Shown here one piece after another: positions 1-10,915 of a DNA stretch of 64,000 bases (the first letter of the stretch is position 1; the number at the start of each line of letters is the position of its first letter). This stretch comes from Mobula birostris (taxonomy: Eukaryota). The translations under genes were made by a program, and so were the position numbers. The notes below the pieces were generated by a model. The model was not told the DNA's origin. It saw only the letters and a program-made list of their open reading frames with translations, and made no database searches. The stretch is from the NCBI RefSeq assembly GCF_030028105.1, contig NC_092374.1, positions 90,734,491-90,798,490 of the forward strand, read 5' to 3'.

Positions 1-1795
1 GTTTATGTCAACAATTGGATCCAGAGGATCAGGAGAGGCACACAGCCACAACAATGGCATTATGTGTCCACTGAACACAACCCTGCAGACCATGCCACAA
101 GGTCCATCCCTGCAGCCCGTCTGAAAGACACCACCTGGTTTACCGGGCCTGCGTTCTTATCTCAGCCAGAGAAAACTTCTCTCAAGACAGCCGTCTTTGA
201 ACGAGTGGACCCAGAACAAGATAAAGAAATTCACATGCAAGTGACAGTGCTCACCTCCACCGCCCAAGACAGCCGACTTGGATCTCAGCGCTTTCAGCAC
301 TTTTCTAACTGGAGGGCTCTTACTCATGTCATATCTTGTCTCAGACATATTGCATGCCTTTTCAAGAAGACTTCAGAAGATTCTACAGGGAGCTGCAAGG
401 GATGGCATCGTTGTGAGACACCATACACAGTGGAAGAACTCAGTCAGAGCAAAAATGTCATCATTCGATCCGTGCAGCAGGAAACTTACGCTGAAGAAAT
501 GGAATGCATCAGGACCCAAAGAGATATCCCTAAGGACAGTCCTCTGAGGATGCTGGATCCATTTATTGGTGAGGACGGCCTATTAAGAGTCGGAGGACGT
601 ATACAGGAATCACAGTTGGGACATGAAGAGAAGAGGCCCCTCATCATTCCCAAATGGCATCATCTTGCATTACTCCTTGTGCAACATTGCCATGTGGAGT
701 CACAACATCAAGGACGCCATTTTAATGAAGCGCTGTCCGCTCAGCTGGTTACTGGATTGTGGGTGCCAAAAGGTGTGTAATCAGTTTCATCTTCATGTAC
801 ATCACCTGCCGTAAGCTTCGGGGGACATGTGAAGTCCAGAAAATGGCTGACTTACCTCCTGATAGACTCAGCATGGAACCGTCTTTCACATATGTTGGTA
901 TTGTATTTGAACCCTGGACCATCTCTGTGCGCCATGCAAGAGGTGGCTAGGCCAAAAGTAAAAGATGGTCAGTTTTATTTACCTGCTTATGCATCAGAGC
1001 CATCTACCTCGAGGTCATAGAGTCCATGGGCAGCTCAAGTTTTATAAATGCCCTGAGGAGCTTCCTGGCGATCCGTGGGCCAGTCAAGCAAATTCGTTCT
1101 GACTGGGGAATGAACTTCATCAGAGCATGCAAAGATCTAGGAATGTCCTCCAATGTTGACGAAAATGTGGTGAAGAGGTATCTCTCAGAAAAGGGCTGTA
1201 CCAGGACATTCAATCCGCTCCATTCCTCCCATATGGGAGGAGCATGGGAGAGAATGATCGGCATCGCCTGCAAAATCCTGGACTCCATGCTTCTGCAGTC
1301 AGGGCCTTCTAGACTCACTCATGAGGTTCTCACCACCTTTATGGCCGAGGTGATGGCCATTGTGAACAATAGACCTCTAAGGCCCATGTCTACAGACGCA
1401 GAAGATCCATTCATTCTCACTCCTGCCACACTGCTCACACAGAAAAGCAGCCCTTATCCCATTCTTCCAGGTGAGTTCGAGAGCGAGGACCTGTGCAAGA
1501 GACAGTGGCGACAGGTACCTTCTGGGACAGATGGCGCAAACAATACTTGCCTTCCTTGCAGTTACGAAGGAAATGGATGTCCTGTAGGCCAAACATTACA
1601 CCAGGATCTGTGGTGCTCATGAGGGATTGTCAATCCAGGAGAAGTGACTGGCCTTTAGGAGTCATAACTCGGATATTTCCCAGCAAGGACGGAAGAGTCC
1701 GTAAGATTGAGGTGAAGATCAACAGAGGTGATGGAACAAAGCTGTTACTCAGGCCTGTGGCTGAAGTAGTCTTGCTGCTCTCCCCTAAGGACTAG
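1..1795 (+). mobile_element. BEL/Pao LTR retrotransposon pol 3' part (RNase H end, integrase, DUF5641-like C-terminus), frameshifted
   Basis: ORFs 64-780, 1026-1622 and 1493-1795 carry Pao motifs: HNPADHATRS...WFTGPAFL, the H-x-H zinc region LLVQHCHVESQHQGRH, RSDWGMNF, FNPLHSSHMGGAWERMI and FWDRWRKQYLPSLQLRRKW. They are split across frames. Confidence 0.9.
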
Positions 1796-1871
1796 GAACG
1801 AGGGACTTCCTCATTTAGAGGTGAATTGTGAAAGTGTTATATTGTTTTATCTAGGGATACCAGGCTGCGAG

Positions 1872-2110
1872 TGTGCTGCCTTAAGTCAGTTATTTTATTT
1901 GTCATTTAGCACCCTTTGCTGGTAGTTTTGTATAGCAGTCATTTAGGTCATGTGATCTGTGTCTCTGGTTGATGACATCATCAGTAGGCGTCGAGACAGT
2001 TCTCCATGTAGAGTTGAGGGAGAGCTTGTGACTTTTCATCCAACATCATCCTGACATTCAGGTCTTTGAAAGCATTGTCGGTATGTAAAAGTAAACTTCG
2101 GGTTTATTAT
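1872..2110 (+). mobile_element. Probable 3' LTR of the BEL/Pao element (right end approximate)
   Basis: PPT-like ACCAGGCTGCGAG is followed by TGTGCTG just after the pol stop. The terminal CA was not fixed. Confidence 0.5.
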
Positions 2111-2221
2111 TGGGGATGGAGTTCATCTGCCTGTCAATTCATGCAAGGCATTTGAAGAGGACAGGACAGTCACCTTCCTGTCAGTTTGAACCAGTCCGGC
2201 CATTCTCCTCTGTCCTTTCTC

Positions 2222-3359
2222 TATCAGAAGGAGGTGGCTGGGAATGGATCCAAGTGCAAGACACAGACACTGAAGGACTAGGGACAGGACTAAGATACAG
2301 GGTGAGGGCTAGGACATGGACACGAAAACTATGAACCCGGAACAGGACTGGACAAGAAAGCTAGGAGCCCAGGCTAGGACTCCGAGCCAGAGACTGGACA
2401 AGGACCCAGAACCTGGGTCTTGCCTCTGGCTCGGACCCCAGAACTAGGCAAGGACGTGACTTGGCTGGCAGGCAGGATGAGGCTGGAGTCTTCAGACTTG
2501 AGGCGAGGCTGGAGACCGGAGACTTGAGGCAAGGCTTGAGACTAGAGGCTTGAAGCTTGGGGTCTTGAAGCTTGGCTTGGGGCGAGGCTTGAGGCTTGAG
2601 GCTTGGGGTCTTGAAGCTTGGCTTGGAGCGAGACTCGAGGCTTGGGCTCTTGAAGCTCCTCCTGGGCAGGGCAGGGATCTCCACCTGACGGAGGCAAGGG
2701 ACAGGAAGGGATAGAACCAACCGCAGGGTAACGGCAATCTGGCCTGACTTACCCGACGGAGGCAAGGGACAGGAAGGGACAGAACCCACCGCAGGGTAAC
2801 GGCAATCTGGCCTGACTTACCCAACGGCAGCAAGGGACAGGAAGGGACAGGACCCACCATAGGGTAACGGCAATTTGGCGTGACTTACCCAACGGAGGCA
2901 AGGGACAGGAAGGGACAGGACCCACCGCAGGGTAACGGCAACCTGGCCTGACTTACCCGACGGAGGCAAGGGACAGGAAGGGACCTAGGTTCAGGATGGT
3001 TCCAGGACAAGACTTCAGGTGAGATGAGGCGAAAGTTACCAATAAGACAAGGCAAGGCTTCAGGCAATGCAAGGTGAGACAAGAACTACAGGCAAGGCGA
3101 GAGTTACCGGCAAGACAAGGCAAGGCTTCAGGTGAGGAAACAGAAGGCAGGGGAAGGGATACAAGGAGTAAGGACAAGAGCAATCCAGCCACCATGCCCT
3201 GGTCTCTGGAGGTATTTATGAAGCTAGCCCCAACGAGAATCAGCTGCCTCAATTAGTGCTCAACAGGAACAGAAACAGGACAGACAGGAAAACCTGGAGC
3301 ACGAGTCGATGGACCAGACCGTGAACCGGAATGCAGACTTCATGGACCGGACCATTGCA
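2222..3359 (-). mobile_element. Solo LTR-like element, family A copy 1, with internal tandem repeats
   Basis: Ends TATCA...TTGCA, flanks TTCTC/TTCTT (near 5-bp TSD). Shares GGAYCCAARTGCAAGAC, GGCAAGGACCCAG-ACCTGGGTCTTG and GGACCATGACA-like motifs with 15491-16781. Confidence 0.65.
2690..2984 (+). repeat. 68-bp tandem repeat, about 4.3 copies, inside the solo LTR
   Basis: Unit GGAGGCAAGGGACAGGAAGGGACAGAACCCACCGCAGGGTAACGGCAATCTGGCCTGACTTACCCGAC starts at 2690, 2758, 2826, 2894 and partially at 2962. Confidence 0.9.
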
Positions 3360-3394
3360 TTCTTAATTAACAAGTAATTTTTGCCCACACGAAT

Positions 3395-3707
3395 ACTGCT
3401 CACTGGATGATTTTCCTTGTTTTTGCAACATTCTCTGTAAACTCTGGAACTGTTGTGCCTGAATATCCCAGGAGATCAGCTGTTTCTGAGATACTCAATC
3501 CACTGTATCTGGCACCAACACTCATTCTACGATGAAAGTTGCTTAGATCACATTTCTTCCTCATTCTGATGTTTGGTCTGAACAACAACTGAACCTCTTG
3601 ACTCTGTCTGCATGCTTTTATGCATTGAGTTGCTGCCACGTGATGGGCTGATTAGATGTTTGCATTAACGAGCAGGTGTACCTCATAAAGTGGCCACTGG
3701 GTGTATG
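3395..3707 (-). mobile_element. Tc1/mariner non-autonomous fragment (TIR plus N-terminal HTH remnant)
   Basis: Minus-strand translation DLSNFHRRMSVGARYSGLSISETADLLGYS is Tc1 HTH-like. TIR-like ATAAAGTGGCCACTGGGTGTA at the right end. Second copy at about 15025-15328. Confidence 0.75.
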
Positions 3708-3999
3708 TGTGGTCTAATTTTTGTCAGCCTGTGCTTTCCAGAATCACAATCAAGTTTATTATCTCTGATATGCAGCATGTGTTCTTTTGTGGCAGCAGTA
3801 CAGTGCAAGATATAAAAAATTACTGTGTTACAGTAAGAGATATAAAAGATAAGTAGTGAAAAAAGCAAGCAAAATCATGAGGTAGAGCTCATGGTTTCAT
3901 GGGTCATTCACAAATCTGGTGGCTGAGGAGAAGAAGCTGTTCCTAAAATGTAAAGTCTATGTCTTCCTCCTCCTTGATGGTAGCAATGAGAAGCGGGCA

Positions 4000-5090
4000 G
4001 CCCTGGGGGGTGGGGGGTCCTTAATGAAGGATGCCACCTTTTTTTAGGGTGTCACTCCTTGAAGATGTCCTCGATGCCAGGGTGGTTAGTGTCCTTGCTG
4101 GTGCAGACTGAGTTTGCATCCCACTGCTGCTTATTCTGATCCTGTGCACAGTGATGCAGCCAGTCAGAACTCTCTCCATGGTACATCTGTAGAAATTTCC
4201 TCAGTCTTTGGTGACACACCAGACCTCCTCAAACTCCAGATGAAATATAGCCAACATCGATATGTTGAGTGTGCGATAGATTTTCAGAGATGTTGATACC
4301 CAAGGACTTGAAATTTCTCACTGTGTCCACTTCTGACCCCTCGATCAGGACTGGTGTGAGTTCCCTGGACTCCCCTTTCCTGAAGCCCACAAGCAATTCC
4401 TTGATCTTACTGAATGCTGAGTGCAAAGTTGTTGTTGTGACAACACTCAACCAATTGATTTACCTCGCTCCTGTACACCTCCTTGTCACCATCTGAGATT
4501 CTGCCGACAAGAGTGTCATTGGCAAACTTTATAGATGGCATTTGAACTATGCCTAGCCACACAGTCAGGAGTGTAGATTGAGCCATGTAGCAGGAAAGAG
4601 AGAGAGAGAGAGGGAGGAATCTTGAGCAACATGCACAAAAGTTCTGGAAAAGCTCAGCAGGTCAGGTAGAGAAAATGTTGGAATGAAATGATCTCCATGG
4701 ATTGCATGCAAAACCAAGTTTTTCAAGGAGAGAGCAATAACAAGTTGCAGAATAGAGTGTAACAGCTACAGAGAAAGGGCAGTGCAGTTAAACAATAAGG
4801 TGCAAGGGTCAGAAAGATAGATTATGAGGTCACGACACTGTTATACAGGAGGCCCATTCAGAAGTCTTATAACAGTGGGATTCAAGCTGCCCTGGAGCCT
4901 GGTGGTACATGCTGTCAGGCTTTGGTATCTTCTGCTCAATGGGAGGAGGGTGAAAAGAGAACGTCCGGGGTGAGTGAGGTCTTTGAGTATATTGGCTGCT
5001 TTACCAAGGCAGCGAGAAGTATAGACAGGGTCCATGGAGGGACGGCTGGTTTGCGTGATACACTGAGCTGTGTTCACAACTCTCTGCTGT
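4000..5090 (-). mobile_element. Degraded Rex1/Babar-type LINE fragments
   Basis: Minus-strand peptides KIKELLVGFRKG...VRNFKSLGINISENL and YTSRCLGKAANILKDLTHPG match the C-terminal part of the Rex1-type RT seen at 21166-21765. Confidence 0.7.
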
Positions 5091-5394
5091 TTCTCGTGGT
5101 CCCTGGGACCCGGATATACCAGGTCAAAGCATCATACAGTGCCACTGGGGCCTTCGATGTTGACATTGCCCTACGGGCACCATTTCGTATTGATCCCATC
5201 TTCCGACAGCAGGCCTATACTCTGGACACTGAAGGACTGGTCTAGGTACTTAGGTAGTTTCACAGTTCCTCACCACTCTCTGGGTGGGAACGTGGGTCCC
5301 CTCTAATGCCTCGCTGGGCCCTATATCTGGTTAACATGGTTCAATCAATCCGGGCCTTCTGCACCTGGAATTCGTCTCTCATTCCCTCACCCAG

Positions 5395-5784
5395 CTGTGG
5401 CCCTCTCCACGTCTCTTTACCCAGAGTCCCCGCTGACAGTCTCCCAGCTGCCCTCCCTCATCACGGTGATGGAAGGAGAAGACGCCAGGTTGACCTGCAG
5501 CCTCCAGCAAGAGGCCGCCGATGTGAGGAACCTCAGCTTCACCTGGTCCAGCGAGAGCGCTGAGGTGACCTGCCCCATTGTGGTCCCCGGACAGGAGTCG
5601 AATTGGTGCAGCAGTTGGGATGGAAGGCTTTCTGTCATGGCTCACGGCTGGAATAAATCCTCGGTTCTGACCATCAAGGAAGTTTCTGTCGTGGACAACG
5701 GTACCTACAGGTGTGGGGTTACGCTCCTTGATCCCCCCGGGGACAAGACGGTTTATGGAAATGGCTCTGTGCTGTTGGTTCTCG
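5395..5784 (+). CDS. Gene 1 Ig V-domain exon: TMIGD2/CD28H-like, CD28-family receptor
   Basis: Acceptor ATTCCCTCACCCAG|, donor CTCG|GTGAGT, 390 nt, phase 1-1. Peptide VALSTSLYPESPLTVSQLPSLITVMEGEDARLTCSLQQ...FTWSS...EVTCPIVVPGQESNWCSSWDGRLS...DNGTYRCGVTLLDPPGDKTVYGNGSVLLVL has the B- and F-strand Cys, C-strand Trp, DxGxYxC, a J-like GxG motif and an extra Cys pair. Confidence 0.9.
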
Positions 5785-6474
5785 GTGAGTGTTTCTGATA
5801 TTTTACTGATCTAAGTGCTCTCCCCTCCCCCCACCGTTACTCCCTCGTCACTCACTGCTCCTCTCTGTCCAGCCAGTCCCCCCGTTGGGTCCTCAGCCTC
5901 CCTGACAGGTGGAGCTCAAATGCACGTGATGGGTCTTTTTCCATTTGTACATTCATTGCCACAGTCAGAGTCTCACATCAGGGAGTAAGACCATCTGACC
6001 CATCACGTTTTGTGCTGCTCAGCGGGTACCCGTCGTTTTGATCCCATCTTTAGCGCTTGGCCCAGTGCTTTCTGTGCCTGGGTGTCTGTACACCTCTTCA
6101 ACCCTCTAGGTGACCATGAAAAGAAGGAGAGAGAGGGAAATATAAGGAGGGTGAGAGGAGAAGGGGAAGGTGAAAGAAATGGAGGGGGAGGAGGGGGAGA
6201 GAGAGAGAAATAGAGATGGCGAGGAGGAAAGGAGAAGGGAAACTGGAGAGAGTGAGAGAGACCAAGAGAGGCAGAAAGAAATATGGAGAGGGGAAAAGCA
6301 GAGAGAGAGAGAGAGAGAAGGTAAAAGAAGGAAGAAACATAGAGAAGAATAGAAGAGGGAACTAAGAGAGAGGGGGAAATGAGATAGAAGCACTGCAGAG
6401 CAAACTGACATGGAATAATGAACAAGTTGCAAATAAGTGCAGTATAAAATCAACTTCTCCCTCTGAACTCTCAG

Positions 6475-6528
6475 GCGAAGTGGAATCTCCAGGGACCAAT
6501 AAGTCTGAAGATCTTCACCTGCTTCCTG
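6475..6528 (+). CDS. Gene 1 stalk exon (GEVESPGTNKSEDLHLLP)
   Basis: Acceptor CTCTGAACTCTCAG|, donor CCTG|GTAAGT, 54 nt, phase 1-1, open in frame with the V exon, one NKS sequon. Confidence 0.75.
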
Positions 6529-6754
6529 GTAAGTTCATGTAACCTTTCAGGAAGGAGTGAACCAGAACGGATTCCGGGTTATCTGGATGTTGCTGCTAGA
6601 TAACAAGCATTCTGTTTATAAAATCCCTGTACTATCCTAAAGCCCTTCATCACTCCTGATCACTCATAGATCATTGGAGAAGGACCAGGGTCAAATTCAA
6701 GGGTTACTGTCATTCAACGGTACACATGTGTGCAGATAAGTGAAAACAACATGC

Positions 6755-7017
6755 CTCTGTTATTTACTGATAAGCCCTTTCGGCTCCTCAAGCAGTGCCG
6801 CTCAACAATCTCCCAATTTAATCCTACTCTAAACATGGGGCAATGTCCAATGACTATGTAACCTACCAACTGGTAGGCTTTGTACTGTGGGAAGTAACCG
6901 GAGCGCATGGAGGAAACCACGTAGTCACATGGAGAACATACAAACTCCTTACAGGCACTGTTGGGAATTGAACCTGGGTTGCCTGTATTGTAAAATGTTG
7001 TGCTAGCCACTACACTA
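6755..7017 (-). mobile_element. tRNA-derived SINE (HE1-like elasmobranch type)
   Basis: Minus strand shows A-box TAGTGTAGTGG and B-box GGTTCAATTCC, then body GTAAGGAGTTTGTATGTTCTCC. Related pieces at about 22700-23100 and 48549-48970. Confidence 0.7.
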
Positions 7018-7439
7018 CTGAGCAGCCCTGCAGCAAATGTAGGTACAATCAGTTGAAAAATAACACTGGGATAACGGATTAGTTTGGTGGCCTTTCTAAT
7101 CCCACACTACATAAAACCATGAGATATAGGAGCAGAATTAGGCCATTTGGCCCATCGAGTCTGCTACACTATTTCATCATGGCTAATCCATTTTCCCTCT
7201 CAGCCCCAATTTCCTGCCTTCCTCCCATAACTGTTCATGCCCTGACTAATCAAGAGTCTATCAAACTCTGCCCTAAATATAGCCAATGCCCTGGCCTCCA
7301 CAGCCACCTGTGGCAATAATCTGCACGGATTCACCAATCTACATTAGTCCCAGATTAAACCAACTGTTTCTCTCCCTCCCCATTCCCCAGTACAGATCCC
7401 CAACTGATCTGCTCTCTCTCTCTGCCTTCATCCTTAATC

Positions 7440-7790
7440 TGATTTTTTTTGGGGAGAGAGAGAGCTTGTGGCATGCCGAATGATCAGGTGAAAGATTAGC
7501 TTTTGTTGCACTGCAGATCGTGGTCTTTATGGGGGGTTTTGCTATTGCTTGCTTGGTGGGTGGAGGATGCTGATGCTTTTTAGCAGTCATGAGTGGAGGC
7601 GGGGAGGGGCGTTGCTTTGCTGCTGCTTGTGTGTTGGAGGGGGAGCTGGGGGGCTTTGGGGTTCTAACGTTTTAACTGTCACTCATCCTTTGGGGCACTC
7701 TTCTGTTTTTGTGGATGTCTGCAAAGAGCAAGAATTTCAGGTTGTATACTGTATACATTTCTCTGATATTAAATGGAACTATTAAACTAT
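7440..7790 (+). repeat. Unclassified dispersed repeat family (4 copies in window)
   Basis: Shared text TTGCTGCTGCTTG...GGGGCTTTGGGGTTCTAAC...GGGGCACTC-TCTGTTTTTGTGGAYGTCTG...AAGAATTTCAG also at 23130-23480 (minus), 34740-35029 plus 35858-35930, and 43600-44080. Confidence 0.7.
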
Positions 7791-7989
7791 TGATTTGTAC
7801 AGTTTATAAAGACATTGTGCTGGTCTTGTTTTCCCCAATGGTCACCTGACATGGGGAGTTCCCAGTAAAGCAATAAAATGGAAACTTACCATTTTGAGTT
7901 CTTGTCAAGGAAATGACTTCAGCTTCAAATTATACTCATGAAGGACAAATTGCAGTGAGAGAGTAAAACAAAGACCAGGGGACTTTGTG

Positions 7990-8715
7990 TGTGTGAGAAA
8001 GGGGAGGGAGGGGGGAGAGAGAATACAACAGGAAAGGGAGACAGAGCAAAGAGAGAGAGACAGAGAGAGAACAGAACATAAAGGGAAGAGAGAGATAACA
8101 CAGGAGTTAAGGAAGAGAGAAATAGAGACAGAGAAAGAGGGAGGGGAGAGAGAGAGAGAGAGAGAGAGAAAAAACATCAGGCAGTAGAATGACAGATCAA
8201 CTTTATTAATGTGGACCATTCCAAATCTGTTTATACTCCTACATATTCACCCACCCGAATGGTATGGTTACCAATAATATTTATCTGTCAATGTCTGCCA
8301 CGGTCCTTCCTTCCACTGTGTTCTCGGTTTCTCAATCACACTCTCATTTTTCCCTTTCTCTTATCTCTCTCTGTCTCACAGTCTCTCCTTTCCTTTCTCT
8401 CTCTCTATTTCTCTCGTTATCTCTCACTCATTCTCTTTTTTCTCTCTTTCTCTTCCTCTCCTTCCTTCTTTCTCTCACCTCTCTAATTCTGCCGCATTCT
8501 CTTTCTCACTCTTGTTCTCCCTTTCCTTGTCACATCCTCTCAATTTCCCTCCCTCCCCCTCCCTGAATCATTTCACCCCTCTCTCTGTCCCTGCCCATCT
8601 CCACCCCTTCAGCTCTCTCTCCTCGTTCTCTCCCCTCTCTCCCCCTCCTTCCCTCCCTCTCCTTCCCCCTCCCTCTCTCCCTTTCTCTCCCAGTCTCTCC
8701 ATGTCTCTCTCCCTG
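7990..8715. repeat. GA-rich (7990-8170) and CT-rich (8340-8715) low-complexity tracts in the gene 1 intron
   Basis: Directly visible polypurine then polypyrimidine tracts. Similar GA tracts at 6110-6390 and 47420-47750. Confidence 0.85.
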
Positions 8716-8928
8716 GCTAGGTTTCTCCCAAACCTGGAGGCTATCAGAGGCTGCCACTTGCTACATGTTCCCCTGTAGGGTCAGTTCTGGCACTGTGATT
8801 GGCTGGTAGAGGGGTAGGTCAGGATTGGTGGGGGAGGGTGCCCCAGGGTAGGGCAAGGAGATGGTTGTTGAGTGGGTCTGATAGTAGAGGCAATGGTGAC
8901 AGCTCTGTTTTTCTCCCACACCCACCAG

Positions 8929-9069
8929 TAAACACGCACCGGGAGATGCCAAAGAGAAGGATGGAGCCCTGGTTCTTCATTTCACTGTTGTGCACAGTCG
9001 GTGTGAGCCTCACCGCAGGACTCATCTTCTCCTACTGCATTGCGAGGAGGACACGTGCAACAGATGCAG
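8929..9069 (+). CDS. Gene 1 transmembrane exon (3' boundary uncertain)
   Basis: Acceptor TTTTTCTCCCACACCCACCAG|, phase 1. Encodes VNTHREMPKRRMEP-WFFISLLCTVGVSLTAGLIFSYCIA-RRTRATDAG, an uncharged 25-aa helix plus basic stop-transfer residues. The expected donor at 9070 reads CAG|GGAGT. Alternative donors at 9123 and 9133; read-through stop at 9225-9227. Confidence 0.75.
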
Positions 9070-9359
9070 GGAGTAGCAGGGAATGCTGTGGCAAGACAGC
9101 CACTTCCTCTGCATCAGTCGCCGTGAGTCATGGTGAGATCCCAAGCCTTGTGAGGGGACTGTCATGGTGCACGGAGAGCCAGAGTGGGATAGCTCAGTTC
9201 TGTAAGGGCAAGACAGCACAGGAATGACTTCTGACCCATCGAGTCCATGCCAACCCTAGAACCACACATTTATACAGATCCTATACAAATCCAGTTCTCC
9301 TCACGTTCCTGATAATTCAGCTGCAACCAGATTCCACCCCTCAACCCCTCTCAATATGG

Positions 9360-10915
9360 TGTAGAGAGAGAGTCACTCCGTGTCTGATCCTGGGAGTGTG
9401 TGATGGGACAGTGTAGAGGGAGATTCACTCTGTGTCTGACCCTGGGAGTGTGTGATGGGACAGTATAGAAGGAGCTTCACTCTGTGTCTGACCCAGGGTG
9501 TGTGTGATGGGACAGTATAGAGGGAGCTTCACTCTGCGTCTGACCCTGGGAGTGTGTGATGGGACAGTATAGAGGGAGCTTCACTCTGTGTCTGACCCAG
9601 GGTGTGTGTGATGGGACAGTGTAGAGGGAGCTTCACTCTGTGTCTGACCCAGGGTGTGTGTGATGGGACAGTGTAGAGGGAGCTTCACACTGTGTCTGAC
9701 CCTGGGAGTGTGTGATGGGACAGTGTAGAGGGAGCTTCACTCTGCGTCTGACCCTGGGAGTGTGTGATGGGACAGTATAGAGGGAGCTTCACTCTGTGTC
9801 TGACCCAGGGTGTGTGTGATGGGACAGTGTAGAGGGAGCTTCACTCTGTGTCTGACCCAGGGTGTGTGTGATGGGACAGTGTAGAGGGAGCTTCACTCTG
9901 TGTCTGACCCTGGGAGTGTGTGATGGGACAGTATAGAGGGAGCTTCACTCTGTGTCTGACCCAGGGTGTGTGTGATGGGACAGTGTAGAGGGAGCTTCAC
10001 TCTGCGTCTGACCCTGGGAGTGTGTGATGGGACAGTGTAGAGGGAGCTTCACTCTGCGTCTGACCCAGGGTGTGTGTGATGGGACAGTATAGAGGGAGCT
10101 TCACTCTGTGTCTGACCCAGGGTGTGTGTGATGGGACAGTGTAGAGGGAGCTTCACTCTGTGTCTGACCCAGGGTGTGTGTGATGGGACAGTGTAGAGGG
10201 AGCTTCACTCTGTGTCTGACCCTGGGAGTGTGTGATGGGACAGTGTAGAGGGAGCTTCACTCTGTGTCTGACCCTGGGAGTGTGTGATGGGGCAGTGTAG
10301 AGGGAGATTCACTCTGTGTCTGACCCTGGGAGTGTGTGATGGGGCAGTGTAGAGGGAGCTTCACTCTGTGTCTGACCCAGGGTGTGTGTGATGGGACAGT
10401 GTAGAGGGAGCTTCACTCTGTGTCTGACCCAGGGTGTGTGTGATGGGACAGTGTAGAGGGAGCTTCACTCTGTGTCTGACCCTGGGAGTGTGTGATGGGA
10501 CAGTGTAGAGGGAGCTTCACTCTGTGTCTGACCCAGGGTGTGTGTGATGGGACAGTGTAGAGGGAGCTTCACTCTGTGTCTGACCCAGGGTGTGTGTGAT
10601 GGGACAGTGTAGAGGGAGCTTCACTCTGTGTCTGATCCTGGGAGTGTGTGATGGGACAGTGTAGAGGGAGCTTCACTCTGTGTCTGACCCTGGGAGTGTG
10701 TGATGGGACAGTGTAGAGGGAGCTTCACTCTGTGTCTGACCCAGGGTGTGTGTGATGGGACAGTGTAGAGGGAGCTTCACTCTGTGTCTGACCCAGGGTG
10801 TGTGTGATGGGACAGTGTAGAGGGAGCTTCACTCTGTGTCTGACCCAGGGTGTGTGTGATGGGACAGTGTAGAGGGAGCTTCACTCTGCGTCTGACGCCA
10901 GAACTGTGCGATGGG
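9360..10915 (+). repeat. 52-bp minisatellite, about 30 units
   Basis: Unit GGGAGCTTCACTCTGTGTCTGACCC(AGGGT/TGGGA)GTGTGTGATGGGACAGTGTAGA; period 52 confirmed (TGACC at 9541, 9593). Confidence 0.95.

Noticed and set aside
5306-5394. MPRWALYLV as the leader of gene 1
   Set aside because: Different frame, the nearest GT gives phase 0 rather than the required phase 1, and the hydrophobic core is poor.
5395-5784. Rearranging antigen-receptor V segment (TCR/Ig/NAR)
   Set aside because: V and J-like G strand are germline-joined in one exon followed by stalk and TM exons. No heptamer-spacer-nonamer RSS was found near either V exon.
6003-8778. Long Leu/Ser/Pro- or Arg/Glu-rich ORFs (also 47339-47937, 60722-63708)
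   Set aside because: Translations of GA/CT/CA low-complexity tracts.
8929-9069. NKp30 orthologue call for gene 1
   Set aside because: The N- and C-terminal V motifs resemble NKp30, but the TM helix has no charged residue and the domain has the extra Cys pair typical of TMIGD2/CD28-type domains. No gene symbol assigned.
9360-10915. CRISPR-like regular repeat array (also 26803-29773)
   Set aside because: Head-to-tail units with no unique spacers, no cas genes, and a vertebrate context.
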